A DNA stretch of 64,000 nucleotides from NCBI GenBank assembly GCA_044376115.1, contig JBILLK010000002.1, positions 421,673 to 485,672 of the forward strand, in the 5' to 3' direction. The notes under the pieces were generated by a model. The model was not told the origin of the DNA, did not search any database, and was given only the letters and a program-made list of their open reading frames with translations. Below are positions 18,444-29,499 of the stretch, piece by piece (the first letter of the stretch is position 1; each line of letters starts with the position of its first letter). The translations under genes and the position numbers were made by a program. Source of the stretch: Polyangiaceae bacterium (lineage in GTDB: Bacteria > Myxococcota_A > Polyangia > Polyangiales > Polyangiaceae).

Positions 18444-19211
18444 ATGGCCGTCAGTTCACCATCGCAGCCCGTCTCGGACTCGACCTCCCTCAAGCGGCAG
18501 GCTTTCTCCGTAGTGGAGGCACCCGCGCTCGTTGGTTCGAGCGCTGGAACCAAGGTCGCTCCGAAGACGAAGCCGGCATCTGCCTTGGAGCGTGCCCGCA
18601 GTGAGAAGCCGAACACCTGTCAGATGTTCGAGACGCCGATCATCGAGGCGTTTTCACGCGTGCACCCGCTGATGCCCTTTCTGTTCTGGCTGCCGATTCT
18701 GGGGTACTTCCTGTTCGCTGCAGTGAAGAGCACACTGGCGGTCCCCACCGCGCTGCTCGCCATCGTGGGCGGCGTTCTGTTCTGGTCGCTCACCGAGTAC
18801 CTGCTGCACCGCTACGTGTTTCACAAGGTGTCCCCGAGCTTTGCAGGCCGCCGCTTCTACTTTGTTCTTCACGGCGTGCACCACGACTTCCCCTTGGATA
18901 CGTCGCGCTTGGTGATGCCCTTGGGGGTCAGCATCCCGATGGGGGTGGTCGTCTACTGGTTGCTCCGATTCCCGCTCGGCCCGGTGCTCATCGACCCCGT
19001 CTTTGCCGGCTTCGGCATTGGCTACCTCGCCTATGACGGCATCCACTACGCCACCCATCACTTCCGCATGAACGGTGTGATCGGCGGCTTCCTCAAGCGC
19101 TACCATATGGTTCATCACCACACGGGAGAGAACGCGCGGTGGGGCGTCTCTTCGCCGCTTTGGGACATCGTGTTCCGCACCACCGGCTCCCCGCTTCCCG
19201 CGCGACGCTGA
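18444..19211 (+). CDS. Fatty acid hydroxylase/sterol desaturase family (FA2H/Scs7-like)
   Basis: EYLLHRYVFH, HGVHH..P...RLVMP, YD.IHY..HH, HMVHH, GVSSPLWD.VF.T. Confidence 0.9.
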   Translation: MAVSSPSQPVSDSTSLKRQAFSVVEAPALVGSSAGTKVAPKTKPASALERARSEKPNTCQMFETPIIEAFSRVHPLMPFLFWLPILGYFLFAAVKSTLAVPTALLAIVGGVLFWSLTEYLLHRYVFHKVSPSFAGRRFYFVLHGVHHDFPLDTSRLVMPLGVSIPMGVVVYWLLRFPLGPVLIDPVFAGFGIGYLAYDGIHYATHHFRMNGVIGGFLKRYHMVHHHTGENARWGVSSPLWDIVFRTTGSPLPARR

Positions 19212-19219
19212 ACCGCACG

Positions 19220-20254
19220 CTAGTGCGCTCGTAGCGTGTGGCTGGAGAAGAAGCGCAAAAGCTCCTTCTCGCGCCCTTTCGGAAAGCGGTGATGGTTCGC
19301 GGTGGCGCGCTTGGGCGTGCACTTATTGCGCGTTGCACAGGCGGGTTCGGCCTTGGCGTCGTCCCCAACTCGAATCAGCTGCGTCTCACCTCCGCGTCGC
19401 TCCGCCCAGCTCTCGAGCCCGGCACACGGCGCGATGGCGTCGCAAGCTCGGTAGAGCAGCCACGCAGGTGGCGGTGGGGTTGGGCATTCCCAACTCGCAG
19501 CGCCTGGAAGCGGAGCGAACGCGCCCACAGCGGCTACGCGATCGGCACGAATGGTCGCGTAGGAGAGAGCGAACGTTCCTCCTTGGCCCAACCCAAAGGC
19601 GTAAACCCGCGCCCGGTCAACGAGACCGCGTTCCTCGAGACGGTCGAGGAAGGTGTCGGTCGCCAGCACGTCCTGGTTTTCCGCCGCTATGTGCTCGATG
19701 TCGAAACCGTTGGTGCTCGCTCCAAAGTTCCGTCCCTGAATGCCAAGAATTGCAAAGCCCTGCTTGTCGGGGGCAAGCCGAGTCGAGGATGAAAGCTCGC
19801 GCAAAGAAGTGAGCTTGGTGAGACCCGAAGGGTCGTCTAACGCGGGCCCGGTTCCGTGAAAGAACACAACGACGGGAACGGGCTTCTGGGCGAGCACGTC
19901 AGCCGACGCGTAAAGACAGCCGTAACGAGGGTCCCCGCTGGCTTCACGCCACTCCATGACCTCCGCGCCACGACAAGCAGGGCGCCCTTCCACGCGTCGA
20001 ACCGGTGTGGCGCTACCTGACGGCGTAAAGCAACGCGAGTCAGGCGGTTCGCGCACGACGGGAGGAGCGATCGATGTGGTGGCAGAAGCGGCGCCCGAGG
20101 CCGACGGACTCGGGCGAGCAGAGGCCGTCGCCGAAGTTGATCTGCGCGCGGAACCTTCGAAGACACTTCGCAGATCGGCTGGGTCAACGTTGCTGCTTTC
20201 GCAGCTCAACGCCAAGCTCATGAGCAGCGCGAGAGGGACGACACGGCGGGCCAC
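19220..20254 (-). CDS. Lipoprotein, alpha/beta-hydrolase (PHB depolymerase/esterase-like)
   Basis: Lipobox ALSC; PVVVFFHG, VD..RVYAFG, CD.IAP, H near C-terminus. Confidence 0.7.
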   Translation of the reverse strand: MARRVVPLALLMSLALSCESSNVDPADLRSVFEGSARRSTSATASARPSPSASGAASATTSIAPPVVREPPDSRCFTPSGSATPVRRVEGRPACRGAEVMEWREASGDPRYGCLYASADVLAQKPVPVVVFFHGTGPALDDPSGLTKLTSLRELSSSTRLAPDKQGFAILGIQGRNFGASTNGFDIEHIAAENQDVLATDTFLDRLEERGLVDRARVYAFGLGQGGTFALSYATIRADRVAAVGAFAPLPGAASWECPTPPPPAWLLYRACDAIAPCAGLESWAERRGGETQLIRVGDDAKAEPACATRNKCTPKRATANHHRFPKGREKELLRFFSSHTLRAH

Positions 20255-20364
20255 CTTTGCGGCATACACAGCTTCCGGTCCGCCGACCACCTCCTACCGA
20301 GAACGCGGGGTGCGCGCGTGGGGACTTTGTCGGAAGCCTCGGCGCGCGTATGTTTCGGCCTCGC

Positions 20365-21942
20365 ATGTCCCAACCCTCTCCCACGTCCACGCCCGAAGGA
20401 TCTGTCCCCGCCGGCTCGCTTCGAGAGGCGATCGAGATCAAACGCGTTCGCGGTGAAGTCTTCTCGATGCGTGACGCGGTGGCGATCGTCGTGCCGCTCT
20501 GCACGCACCTCAACCTGGCGCACAAGCAAGAGGGTCTCGCGCGTTTCTTCGTGTACCCGTCCATTCTGGTGCACGGCAAGGCCGGGACCGAACTTGATTT
20601 TGATCGCGCCAAAGCCCTTCCGACACACGATCGCGATCGGGCCGTGATCGCGCCAGAGTGCCGCAAAGGAGAACTCGGGGATGATCGCGCAAGCGTGTTT
20701 GCGGTCGGTGCGATCCTGTACGAGCTCGTCACCGGCGAGTCGATTGGGCCAGGGATGCGGCGCCCAAGCGAGATCAACCCGAAGCTACCGCCCTCGATCG
20801 AGGTGGTGCTGGGCAAAGCGTTGGTCGCCGATCCCAAACATCGCCCGCACGATCTGGCCGCTCTGGCCCAAGCCCTCCATCACCTCGCGCCAGCTGGGTC
20901 AATGCCTCCCCCCGCCGCCGACGAATCACACTTGGACCACGAGGACGGATTCGACGTCGACGTTTCGCTGTCGATGTTGCCGCCCGCGCCAGTCGGCAGG
21001 CCAGTGCAGGCCGTGGTTTCGGCGGTGGACGCGGCTCCTCCCTCGTCGCGAGTACGGCCCGCTGCTGCTCCCCTCCCCGACCTCTCGAATGCCGACCCCA
21101 CGGTTCGTCTCGCGGCCACCAAGGCCCGCCTCGAGGCAGACCCGCGACCTCGCTACGTGGTGGTCAAGCTCGGCATGGACCATGGTCCATTTTCTGCGGT
21201 TGAGCTGCTTCAGCAGATCGCCTCTCACAGCTTCACGTCCGAGCATTTGCTGCGCGACACCCTCAGCGGTGAGGAGAAGAAGCTCGAGGAATGGCCGGAC
21301 TTTACGCTGTTTGCGCACCAGGCGCACCTCAACCGCGAGATCAAGCAAGAGCGCAAAGCGCTCGAGAAGGTGGTCACGGCCGAGCGCCATCGGGCACAGT
21401 GGAAGGTGCTCCTCGGGGTCACCTTGCTCGGACTCGTGATCGCCGGTGGCGCCGGCTATTGGCTCAACGAGCGCAACCGCTCGCTAAACGAGCAGAAGCT
21501 ACGCGCCGAAGAGGCTTCCAACGTCGATGCTGAGGGCGCGCTCTCTGGGAAGACGGAGGGCAAAGCTCCAGGCGGTGGACCGATGCCCGGCGGCGGAGGT
21601 GGCGGGAAGTACCCCGTCGTTGCAGGTGGCGGCTCTTGTGAATCCGCAAAACGCAAGTACGTGGAAGACTACACGGCCCAAGGCGTTCCCCCGGATTTGA
21701 CGGCGGGCGCGTACACAGGCGTATTGGCGAACGGCGCTTACCTCAACGCCTGCGGCGTCCCGAGCCACATGGCCGTCTCGGTGTGCGCTGCGGTTCAGAA
21801 TGGTCGCGCGGTCGGCGTCACCGTGCGAACCACGCCGTCGAACCCTGGGATCGAGTCGTGCGTGCGCGGTCAGGTGATGCAAAAGAGCTTTCCGTCGCAC
21901 CCGCGGATGGACGTCGTAACCACGACGTTCGCTGCGAACTAA
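20365..21942 (+). CDS. Pseudokinase C-lobe + GYF-like + TM + AgmX/PglI-like C-terminal protein
   Basis: APE..VFAVGAILYELVTG; YVV.....HGPFS..EL; TM VLLGVTLLGLVIAGGAGYW; C-terminal GRAVGVTV...CV..V....FP. Confidence 0.65.
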   Translation: MSQPSPTSTPEGSVPAGSLREAIEIKRVRGEVFSMRDAVAIVVPLCTHLNLAHKQEGLARFFVYPSILVHGKAGTELDFDRAKALPTHDRDRAVIAPECRKGELGDDRASVFAVGAILYELVTGESIGPGMRRPSEINPKLPPSIEVVLGKALVADPKHRPHDLAALAQALHHLAPAGSMPPPAADESHLDHEDGFDVDVSLSMLPPAPVGRPVQAVVSAVDAAPPSSRVRPAAAPLPDLSNADPTVRLAATKARLEADPRPRYVVVKLGMDHGPFSAVELLQQIASHSFTSEHLLRDTLSGEEKKLEEWPDFTLFAHQAHLNREIKQERKALEKVVTAERHRAQWKVLLGVTLLGLVIAGGAGYWLNERNRSLNEQKLRAEEASNVDAEGALSGKTEGKAPGGGPMPGGGGGGKYPVVAGGGSCESAKRKYVEDYTAQGVPPDLTAGAYTGVLANGAYLNACGVPSHMAVSVCAAVQNGRAVGVTVRTTPSNPGIESCVRGQVMQKSFPSHPRMDVVTTTFAAN

Positions 21943-21956
21943 ACGGACTCAGCGCC

Positions 21957-22718
21957 GTGACAACTCCCTCGCCGAATGGCCAGATCGTCGTCTCCGCGGT
22001 CAGCAAAGAATTCGACGGTATGGCCGTGCTCGATGGAGTGAACCTCACGGTTCCGCATGGCTGTCTTTACGGGCTGATTGGGCCGGGAGCATCTGGCAAG
22101 AGCGTACTGCTCAAGATCATCACCGGCCTCATCAGCCCAGACTCAGGCCAGGTGCTGGTGGAGGGGCGCGACGTTCACGCCATGAGCGAACTGGAGCTAG
22201 CGGAGTTTCGTCTGAAGTTCGGCATGTTGTTTCAAAACAACGCTCTCTTCGACTACCTCAACGTCGCGGACAACATCGCCTTTCCGCTCCGTCGAATGAC
22301 CAAGCTCGATGAACCAACCATCGCGAGCAAGATCGCCGAGCGACTCAAGGTGGTCAGCCTGCCTGGCTTCGAAGGGCGGTTGCCAGCAGGCCTGTCCGGC
22401 GGACAAAAGAAGCGCATTGGCGTAGCTCGGGCTACCGTGATCGACGCTCCCTACGTCCTCTACGATGAACCCGCCGCTGGGCTCGACCCGGTGACCTCTC
22501 AACGCATCTTCGAGCTCTTGCGCAAGGAGCAACGCGAGAAGAACGCAACCGTGATCATGGTCTCCTCGGACCTCGACCGACTGCTGACAGTGACGGATAG
22601 GGTCGGCATGCTCTACCGTGGCCGACTCATCTTCGACGGAACCACCGCTGAAGCGAAATCCAGCACAGACCCGTACGTCCGCCAATTCGTTCATGGCCTC
22701 ACCGAAGGCCCACTGTGA
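21957..22718 (+). CDS. MlaF/Mkl-like ABC transporter ATP-binding protein
   Basis: Walker A GPGASGKS, GMLFQNNALFD, LSGGQKKR, LYDEPAAGLDPVTS, YVRQF. Confidence 0.9.
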   Translation: MTTPSPNGQIVVSAVSKEFDGMAVLDGVNLTVPHGCLYGLIGPGASGKSVLLKIITGLISPDSGQVLVEGRDVHAMSELELAEFRLKFGMLFQNNALFDYLNVADNIAFPLRRMTKLDEPTIASKIAERLKVVSLPGFEGRLPAGLSGGQKKRIGVARATVIDAPYVLYDEPAAGLDPVTSQRIFELLRKEQREKNATVIMVSSDLDRLLTVTDRVGMLYRGRLIFDGTTAEAKSSTDPYVRQFVHGLTEGPL

Positions 22719-22853
22719 CCCTTCACCGAACGCGACCCTTCACCGAACGCGCCCCTTCACCGAACGCGACCCTTCACTGAACGCGACCCTTCACCGAACG
22801 CGCCCCTTCACCGAACGCGACCCTTCACTGAACGCGACCCTTCACCGAACGCA
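22718..22853 (+). repeat. Tandem array of 8 x 17 bp (ACCCTTCACCGAACGCG)
   Basis: Units start at 22718, 22735, 22752, 22769, 22786, 22803, 22820, 22837; no spacers. Confidence 0.95.
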
Positions 22854-22863
22854 AACGAGAACT

Positions 22864-25371
22864 ATGTCCAACGCACCGGATGACGCCCAGAACGCAGACA
22901 ACCAAACCCAGCTTGCGTTGCGGCGTACCTTCGTCGATCGCCTCCGCTACTCTCGTTCGAAGAACCCCAGCACCGCCACCACCTTCGACCGCTTCGTGGC
23001 GGTGAGCTTGGCGGTGCGTGATCGCTTGGTCGAGCGCTGGATCGAAACCCAGCGCACCTACTACGAACAAGATACCAAGCGGGCCTACTATCTCTCGGCG
23101 GAGTACCTGCTCGGCCGCACGCTCCGCAGCAATCTGAAGGCGCTGGCGATCTACGACGACTACAAGAAAGTGCTCGCGGAGATCGGCATCGACCTCGACG
23201 AGGTGCTCGAGCAGGAGCCCGATGCAGGTCTCGGGAATGGTGGTCTCGGCCGGCTCGCAGCCTGTTTCTTGGAATCGCTGGCAACGCTCTCCTTACCAGC
23301 CATCGGCTACGGCATTCGCTACGAGTTCGGCATCTTCGAGCAGGCCATCCGCGACGGCTATCAGGTCGAACGCGCTGATGAGTGGCTCAAGTTCGGAAAC
23401 CCGTGGGAGTTCGCTCGGCCCGAGTACACCGTAGCGGTCGGCTTTGGCGGCCAGACGTTGCATGTACCGACGGAAGACGGCTTCCGCGTGCTGTGGAAGC
23501 CGGCGACCAAAGTGACGGGCGTGCCCTATGACACGCCGGTAGCGGGCTATCGCTGCAACACCGTCAACACGCTGCGACTATGGGCCGCGCGCGCCGATCA
23601 GGAGTTCGACTTTCAACTTTTCAACGCCGGCGACTATTTGCGAGCCGTTGAGGAAAAGAACGCCAGCGAGGTGATCTCCAAGGTTCTCTACCCCAATGAC
23701 AGCTTTGAGATCGGCCGAGAGCTGCGACTCAAGCAGGAGTACTTCTTCGTCGCCTGTTCGATCCACGACATCGTGCATCGCTACCTCAAGCAGCACGCGA
23801 CGTTCGCTTCCTTCAGCGAAAAGGTCGCGATTCAGCTCAACGACACGCACCCGGCGATCGCCATCGCCGAGCTGATGCGGGTGCTCGTGGACGAGCACAA
23901 CGTCGAATGGGACGAGGCGTTCAAGCAGACTGTCGGCGCCTTTGGCTACACCAATCACACGCTGCTACCCGAGGCGCTCGAACGCTGGCCAGCGGCAACC
24001 TTCGCTCGCTTGCTACCGCGCCACTTGGAGCTGATTCAGGAGATCAACCGCCGCTTCCTGCGCGAAGTAACCACCCACTTCCCGCACAGCCCCGAGCTCG
24101 TTTCGCGCATGTCGATCATCAGTGACGGGAGCGAGCGCGAAGTTCGTATGGCTCACCTAGCGGTGGTGGGCTCGCACTCGGTCAATGGCGTCGCTCAGCT
24201 GCACTCCGACTTGGTGCAAGCCCGCCTACTCAAAGACTTTCACGATCTCTGGCCGGAACGGTTCAACAACAAGACCAACGGCGTCACCCCGCGCCGATGG
24301 ATCCTCGAGTGCAACTCCCAGCTGTCGAACCTGCTCACCGAGCGCCTCGGCACCGACTCATGGGTAACCAACCTCGAGCTCCTCAAGCAGCTCGAGCCCT
24401 CGGTCGAAGACGCCGAGTTCCGCACCTCGCTGCGCACCATCAAGATGGAGAACAAGCTCGAACTCGCGAAGTTGATCTTCAAGCTAACGAAGCTCCGGGT
24501 CGATCCCCAGTCGATGTTCGACGTTCAAATCAAGCGGCTTCATGAGTACAAGCGCCAACACCTAGCGGCATTGCACGCGGTTACCCTTTACCTGCGAGCA
24601 AAACGCGGTGAGGCGATTCAGCCGCGCACGTTGATCTTCGGCGCGAAGGCCGCCCCGGGGTATCGACGGGCCAAGCTGATCATCAAGCTCATCCACTCGA
24701 TTGCCGACATCGTCAATGGAGACAAGCGGCAGAGCGCTGTGCGCATCGTGTTCATGCCCAACTACCGCGTGTCCCTGGCCGAGCGAATCATCCCCGCAGC
24801 CGATCTCTCTGAGCAGATCTCGACCGCAGGCATGGAAGCTTCAGGGACGGGCAATATGAAGCTCGCCATGAACGGCGCCCTCACCATCGGCACGCTGGAC
24901 GGCGCCAACATCGAAATTCGCGACGCGGTTGGCGAAGAGAACTTCTTCCTGTTCGGGCTAACCGCCGACGAAGTGATAGAGAAGCAGCGCCAGCGTCTGC
25001 TCGGAAGGTCCGCGCTCAAGGACAACCCGCTACTGGATGAGGCGCTGAAGCTGATCCGTGAAGGGTTCTTCTGCCCGGAGGAGCCAGACCTGTTCCACCA
25101 GCTCGTCGACGATCTCTTGGGTTATGACCAATACATGGTGCTCGCCGACTTCGCCGAGTACGCAAAAAAGCAAGCGGAGGTCGAGAGTGAGTTCCGCAAC
25201 ACCGATGAGTGGACCCGCAAGGCCGGCTACAACATCGTGCGCATGGGTCGATTCTCGAGTGACCGCACGATTCGTGAGTACGCCGAGGGGATCTGGGGCG
25301 TTTCGCCGTGTGCGATTGCTTCCCCACGAGACCCGTCACTCGTCCCGAACGCGCACCCCGACCTCGTCTAG
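22864..25371 (+). CDS. glgP: Glycogen/alpha-glucan phosphorylase
   Basis: GLGNGGLGRLAAC, QLNDTHP, YTNHT, KRLHEYKRQ, EASGTGNMK (PLP Lys). Confidence 0.97.
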   Translation: MSNAPDDAQNADNQTQLALRRTFVDRLRYSRSKNPSTATTFDRFVAVSLAVRDRLVERWIETQRTYYEQDTKRAYYLSAEYLLGRTLRSNLKALAIYDDYKKVLAEIGIDLDEVLEQEPDAGLGNGGLGRLAACFLESLATLSLPAIGYGIRYEFGIFEQAIRDGYQVERADEWLKFGNPWEFARPEYTVAVGFGGQTLHVPTEDGFRVLWKPATKVTGVPYDTPVAGYRCNTVNTLRLWAARADQEFDFQLFNAGDYLRAVEEKNASEVISKVLYPNDSFEIGRELRLKQEYFFVACSIHDIVHRYLKQHATFASFSEKVAIQLNDTHPAIAIAELMRVLVDEHNVEWDEAFKQTVGAFGYTNHTLLPEALERWPAATFARLLPRHLELIQEINRRFLREVTTHFPHSPELVSRMSIISDGSEREVRMAHLAVVGSHSVNGVAQLHSDLVQARLLKDFHDLWPERFNNKTNGVTPRRWILECNSQLSNLLTERLGTDSWVTNLELLKQLEPSVEDAEFRTSLRTIKMENKLELAKLIFKLTKLRVDPQSMFDVQIKRLHEYKRQHLAALHAVTLYLRAKRGEAIQPRTLIFGAKAAPGYRRAKLIIKLIHSIADIVNGDKRQSAVRIVFMPNYRVSLAERIIPAADLSEQISTAGMEASGTGNMKLAMNGALTIGTLDGANIEIRDAVGEENFFLFGLTADEVIEKQRQRLLGRSALKDNPLLDEALKLIREGFFCPEEPDLFHQLVDDLLGYDQYMVLADFAEYAKKQAEVESEFRNTDEWTRKAGYNIVRMGRFSSDRTIREYAEGIWGVSPCAIASPRDPSLVPNAHPDLV

Positions 25372-25434
25372 CTCTTCACTTTCTTGACCCCCGCCCCTTG
25401 CGAGAGAGGCGCGAACGAATCAATGGGAAGGTAC

Positions 25435-25761
25435 ATGGCCTCCGACGACTTCGATTCAGACGACGAGAAGGAAGGGGTAACGGCGACCAAGGACCGCGCC
25501 AAGGTCGAGAAGGCCCGCCGTTTCAAGGTGCTCTTCCACAACGACGACTACACAACCATGGAGTTCGTCATCCTGGTTTTGATGAAGTTCTTCTTCAAGA
25601 CGCAAACCGAGGCGGCTCAGATCATGTTGAGCGTCCACCATAAGGGCCACGGAGTGGCCGGAATCTATCCGCGTGATATTGCAGAGACGAAGGTCCATAA
25701 GGTGATGGACTTCGCCAAGGAAAACGGGATGCCTTTGCTCGTCACCGCCGAGCCGGAGTAA
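25435..25761 (+). CDS. clpS: ClpAP adaptor ClpS
   Basis: VLFHNDDYTTMEFV, IML.VH..G, IAETKV; directly upstream of clpA. Confidence 0.95.
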   Translation: MASDDFDSDDEKEGVTATKDRAKVEKARRFKVLFHNDDYTTMEFVILVLMKFFFKTQTEAAQIMLSVHHKGHGVAGIYPRDIAETKVHKVMDFAKENGMPLLVTAEPE

Positions 25762-25768
25762 CAGGACG

Positions 25769-28050
<2,282 letters not shown>

Positions 28051-28051
<1 letters not shown>

Positions 28052-28896
28052 TGCCGCCGACGCGGGTTCCACCGAAGGTGGAGGAAGCGAACAAGCTCGC
28101 CCGGGTCTGTTCGCTGGGGGCTTCGAGGAGCCGATTGGCGCGCGGCGGTCTGCGGCTCGCGCTCCTCGGCACCCTGCTGCTGTCGTGCAAGGGCGAGGAT
28201 AAAGACAAGCCGATCCCGCTCCCGAGCGGGCGGTCGGGCTCGGCGGCTTCAGTCAATACGACCGCGGTTTCTTCGGGCCCTGCGCTGGGCCGTTGCGAAA
28301 TGAGGTCGGAGGTCGAGAACTACTGTCTCGAGTTCCAAGACGCCGAGATCGAGGCTGAGTGGAAGTCGCTCTGTGGTGGGGTCTTCGGCGAGGGGCGCTG
28401 TTCAATGGCCGATGCGGTTGGTGCCTGCCGGCTCCCCGACGGCACCGTTCGGGTCGGCTACCCTCCCCGCCCCTCATCCTTCTTTGAGCGCGCCTGTCGC
28501 GAGTCCCAGGGCCAATGGCATCCGGGAACGACGCTGAGCCCCACGCATGCCGTGGTGGTCGCAAGCTGTTCGGGCAAGTACGAAGAGGCCTGCGAAGAGG
28601 AGGAGATCCACAGTGCTCCACGGCTCGCAGCGGCCGAAGACGAATGCAAATCGTTCGGCGGCACTTGGAAGAAGGACCGCACCTGCGCTCGCGAAGCGCT
28701 CCTCAGCGAATGTGACCTTCCCGGCAAGAAGCGTCTGTTCATGACCGGTCCGGCGAACCCTGAAGCCCGCGAGAGGTTCTGCTCGCAAAAGAAGGGCAAG
28801 CTCATCAACCGGGCGCCGGAAGCTGTACCGTCAGCCTCGGTGGCGCCCGATCTCGATCCTCCCCCCGAAAAAGGGGAGGTACAGATCCATCACTGA
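28051..28896 (+). CDS. Cys-rich lipoprotein with duplicated domain
   Basis: Lipobox LLSC; two copies of a C..GG.W/F...C......C.LP pattern; start uncertain. Confidence 0.65.
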
Positions 28897-28906
28897 GTGG
28901 CTCGCC

Positions 28907-29497
28907 TCAGCGCGGCGCGAAAGACTGCACCAGCTCATCGAAGGCCTTGCGAGCGCTGTCCACCGTCTTTGCCGGGCCAGTCAACTTGAAGAAGTGGGCC
29001 TCGCCCTTGGTTCCCTCAACGATGGCACCGAGCAACATCGAGTTTTCTTTCGGCCCAGAGGCGGGTGCCCCTGGCATCGACATACCCATGAAGGTGCCCT
29101 CGATGGTTACGATGCTCACTTTGAGCGCTCCAACCGTACGTTCCTCAACGTTGGAGCGGACATCTCCGCTGAACTGCTTCTTCCAGCGCTCGATGTTGGA
29201 GTTTGTGTCGCCGCCGGCTTGTGACACCGAGAGTTCGGCGCCCTCGCTATCGCCTTCGACCGGCTTCACCTTGTAGGTCGCCAAGCGCATTGGGCTGGGC
29301 TTGTCGACGAGTTCAAAACTCGCCGGCGCCGTCCACTTGAGCGTCGACTCACGCGGGCCACCTTGCTTCGGCGTCGCAGGTGCACCGCTACTCGAGGAAG
29401 CGGGGCTCGCGCTCTTTGCAGGATCAGCCGACGGCGCCTTCGGCTCCTCGGAACAGCCCACGGCAACCAGCGCCAGAACGAACAACCAATTGCGCAT
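28907..29497 (-). CDS. Conserved-type lipoprotein
   Basis: Lipobox AVGC; MRLATY, GG...NIERWKKQF, FFKLTGP. Confidence 0.75.
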   Translation of the reverse strand: MRNWLFVLALVAVGCSEEPKAPSADPAKSASPASSSSGAPATPKQGGPRESTLKWTAPASFELVDKPSPMRLATYKVKPVEGDSEGAELSVSQAGGDTNSNIERWKKQFSGDVRSNVEERTVGALKVSIVTIEGTFMGMSMPGAPASGPKENSMLLGAIVEGTKGEAHFFKLTGPAKTVDSARKAFDELVQSFAPR

Positions 29498-29499
29498 CG

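Noticed and set aside
22718..22853. 17-bp (and 26-/27-bp) repeats as a CRISPR array
   Set aside because: Units are contiguous with no unique spacers, and there are no cas genes in the window
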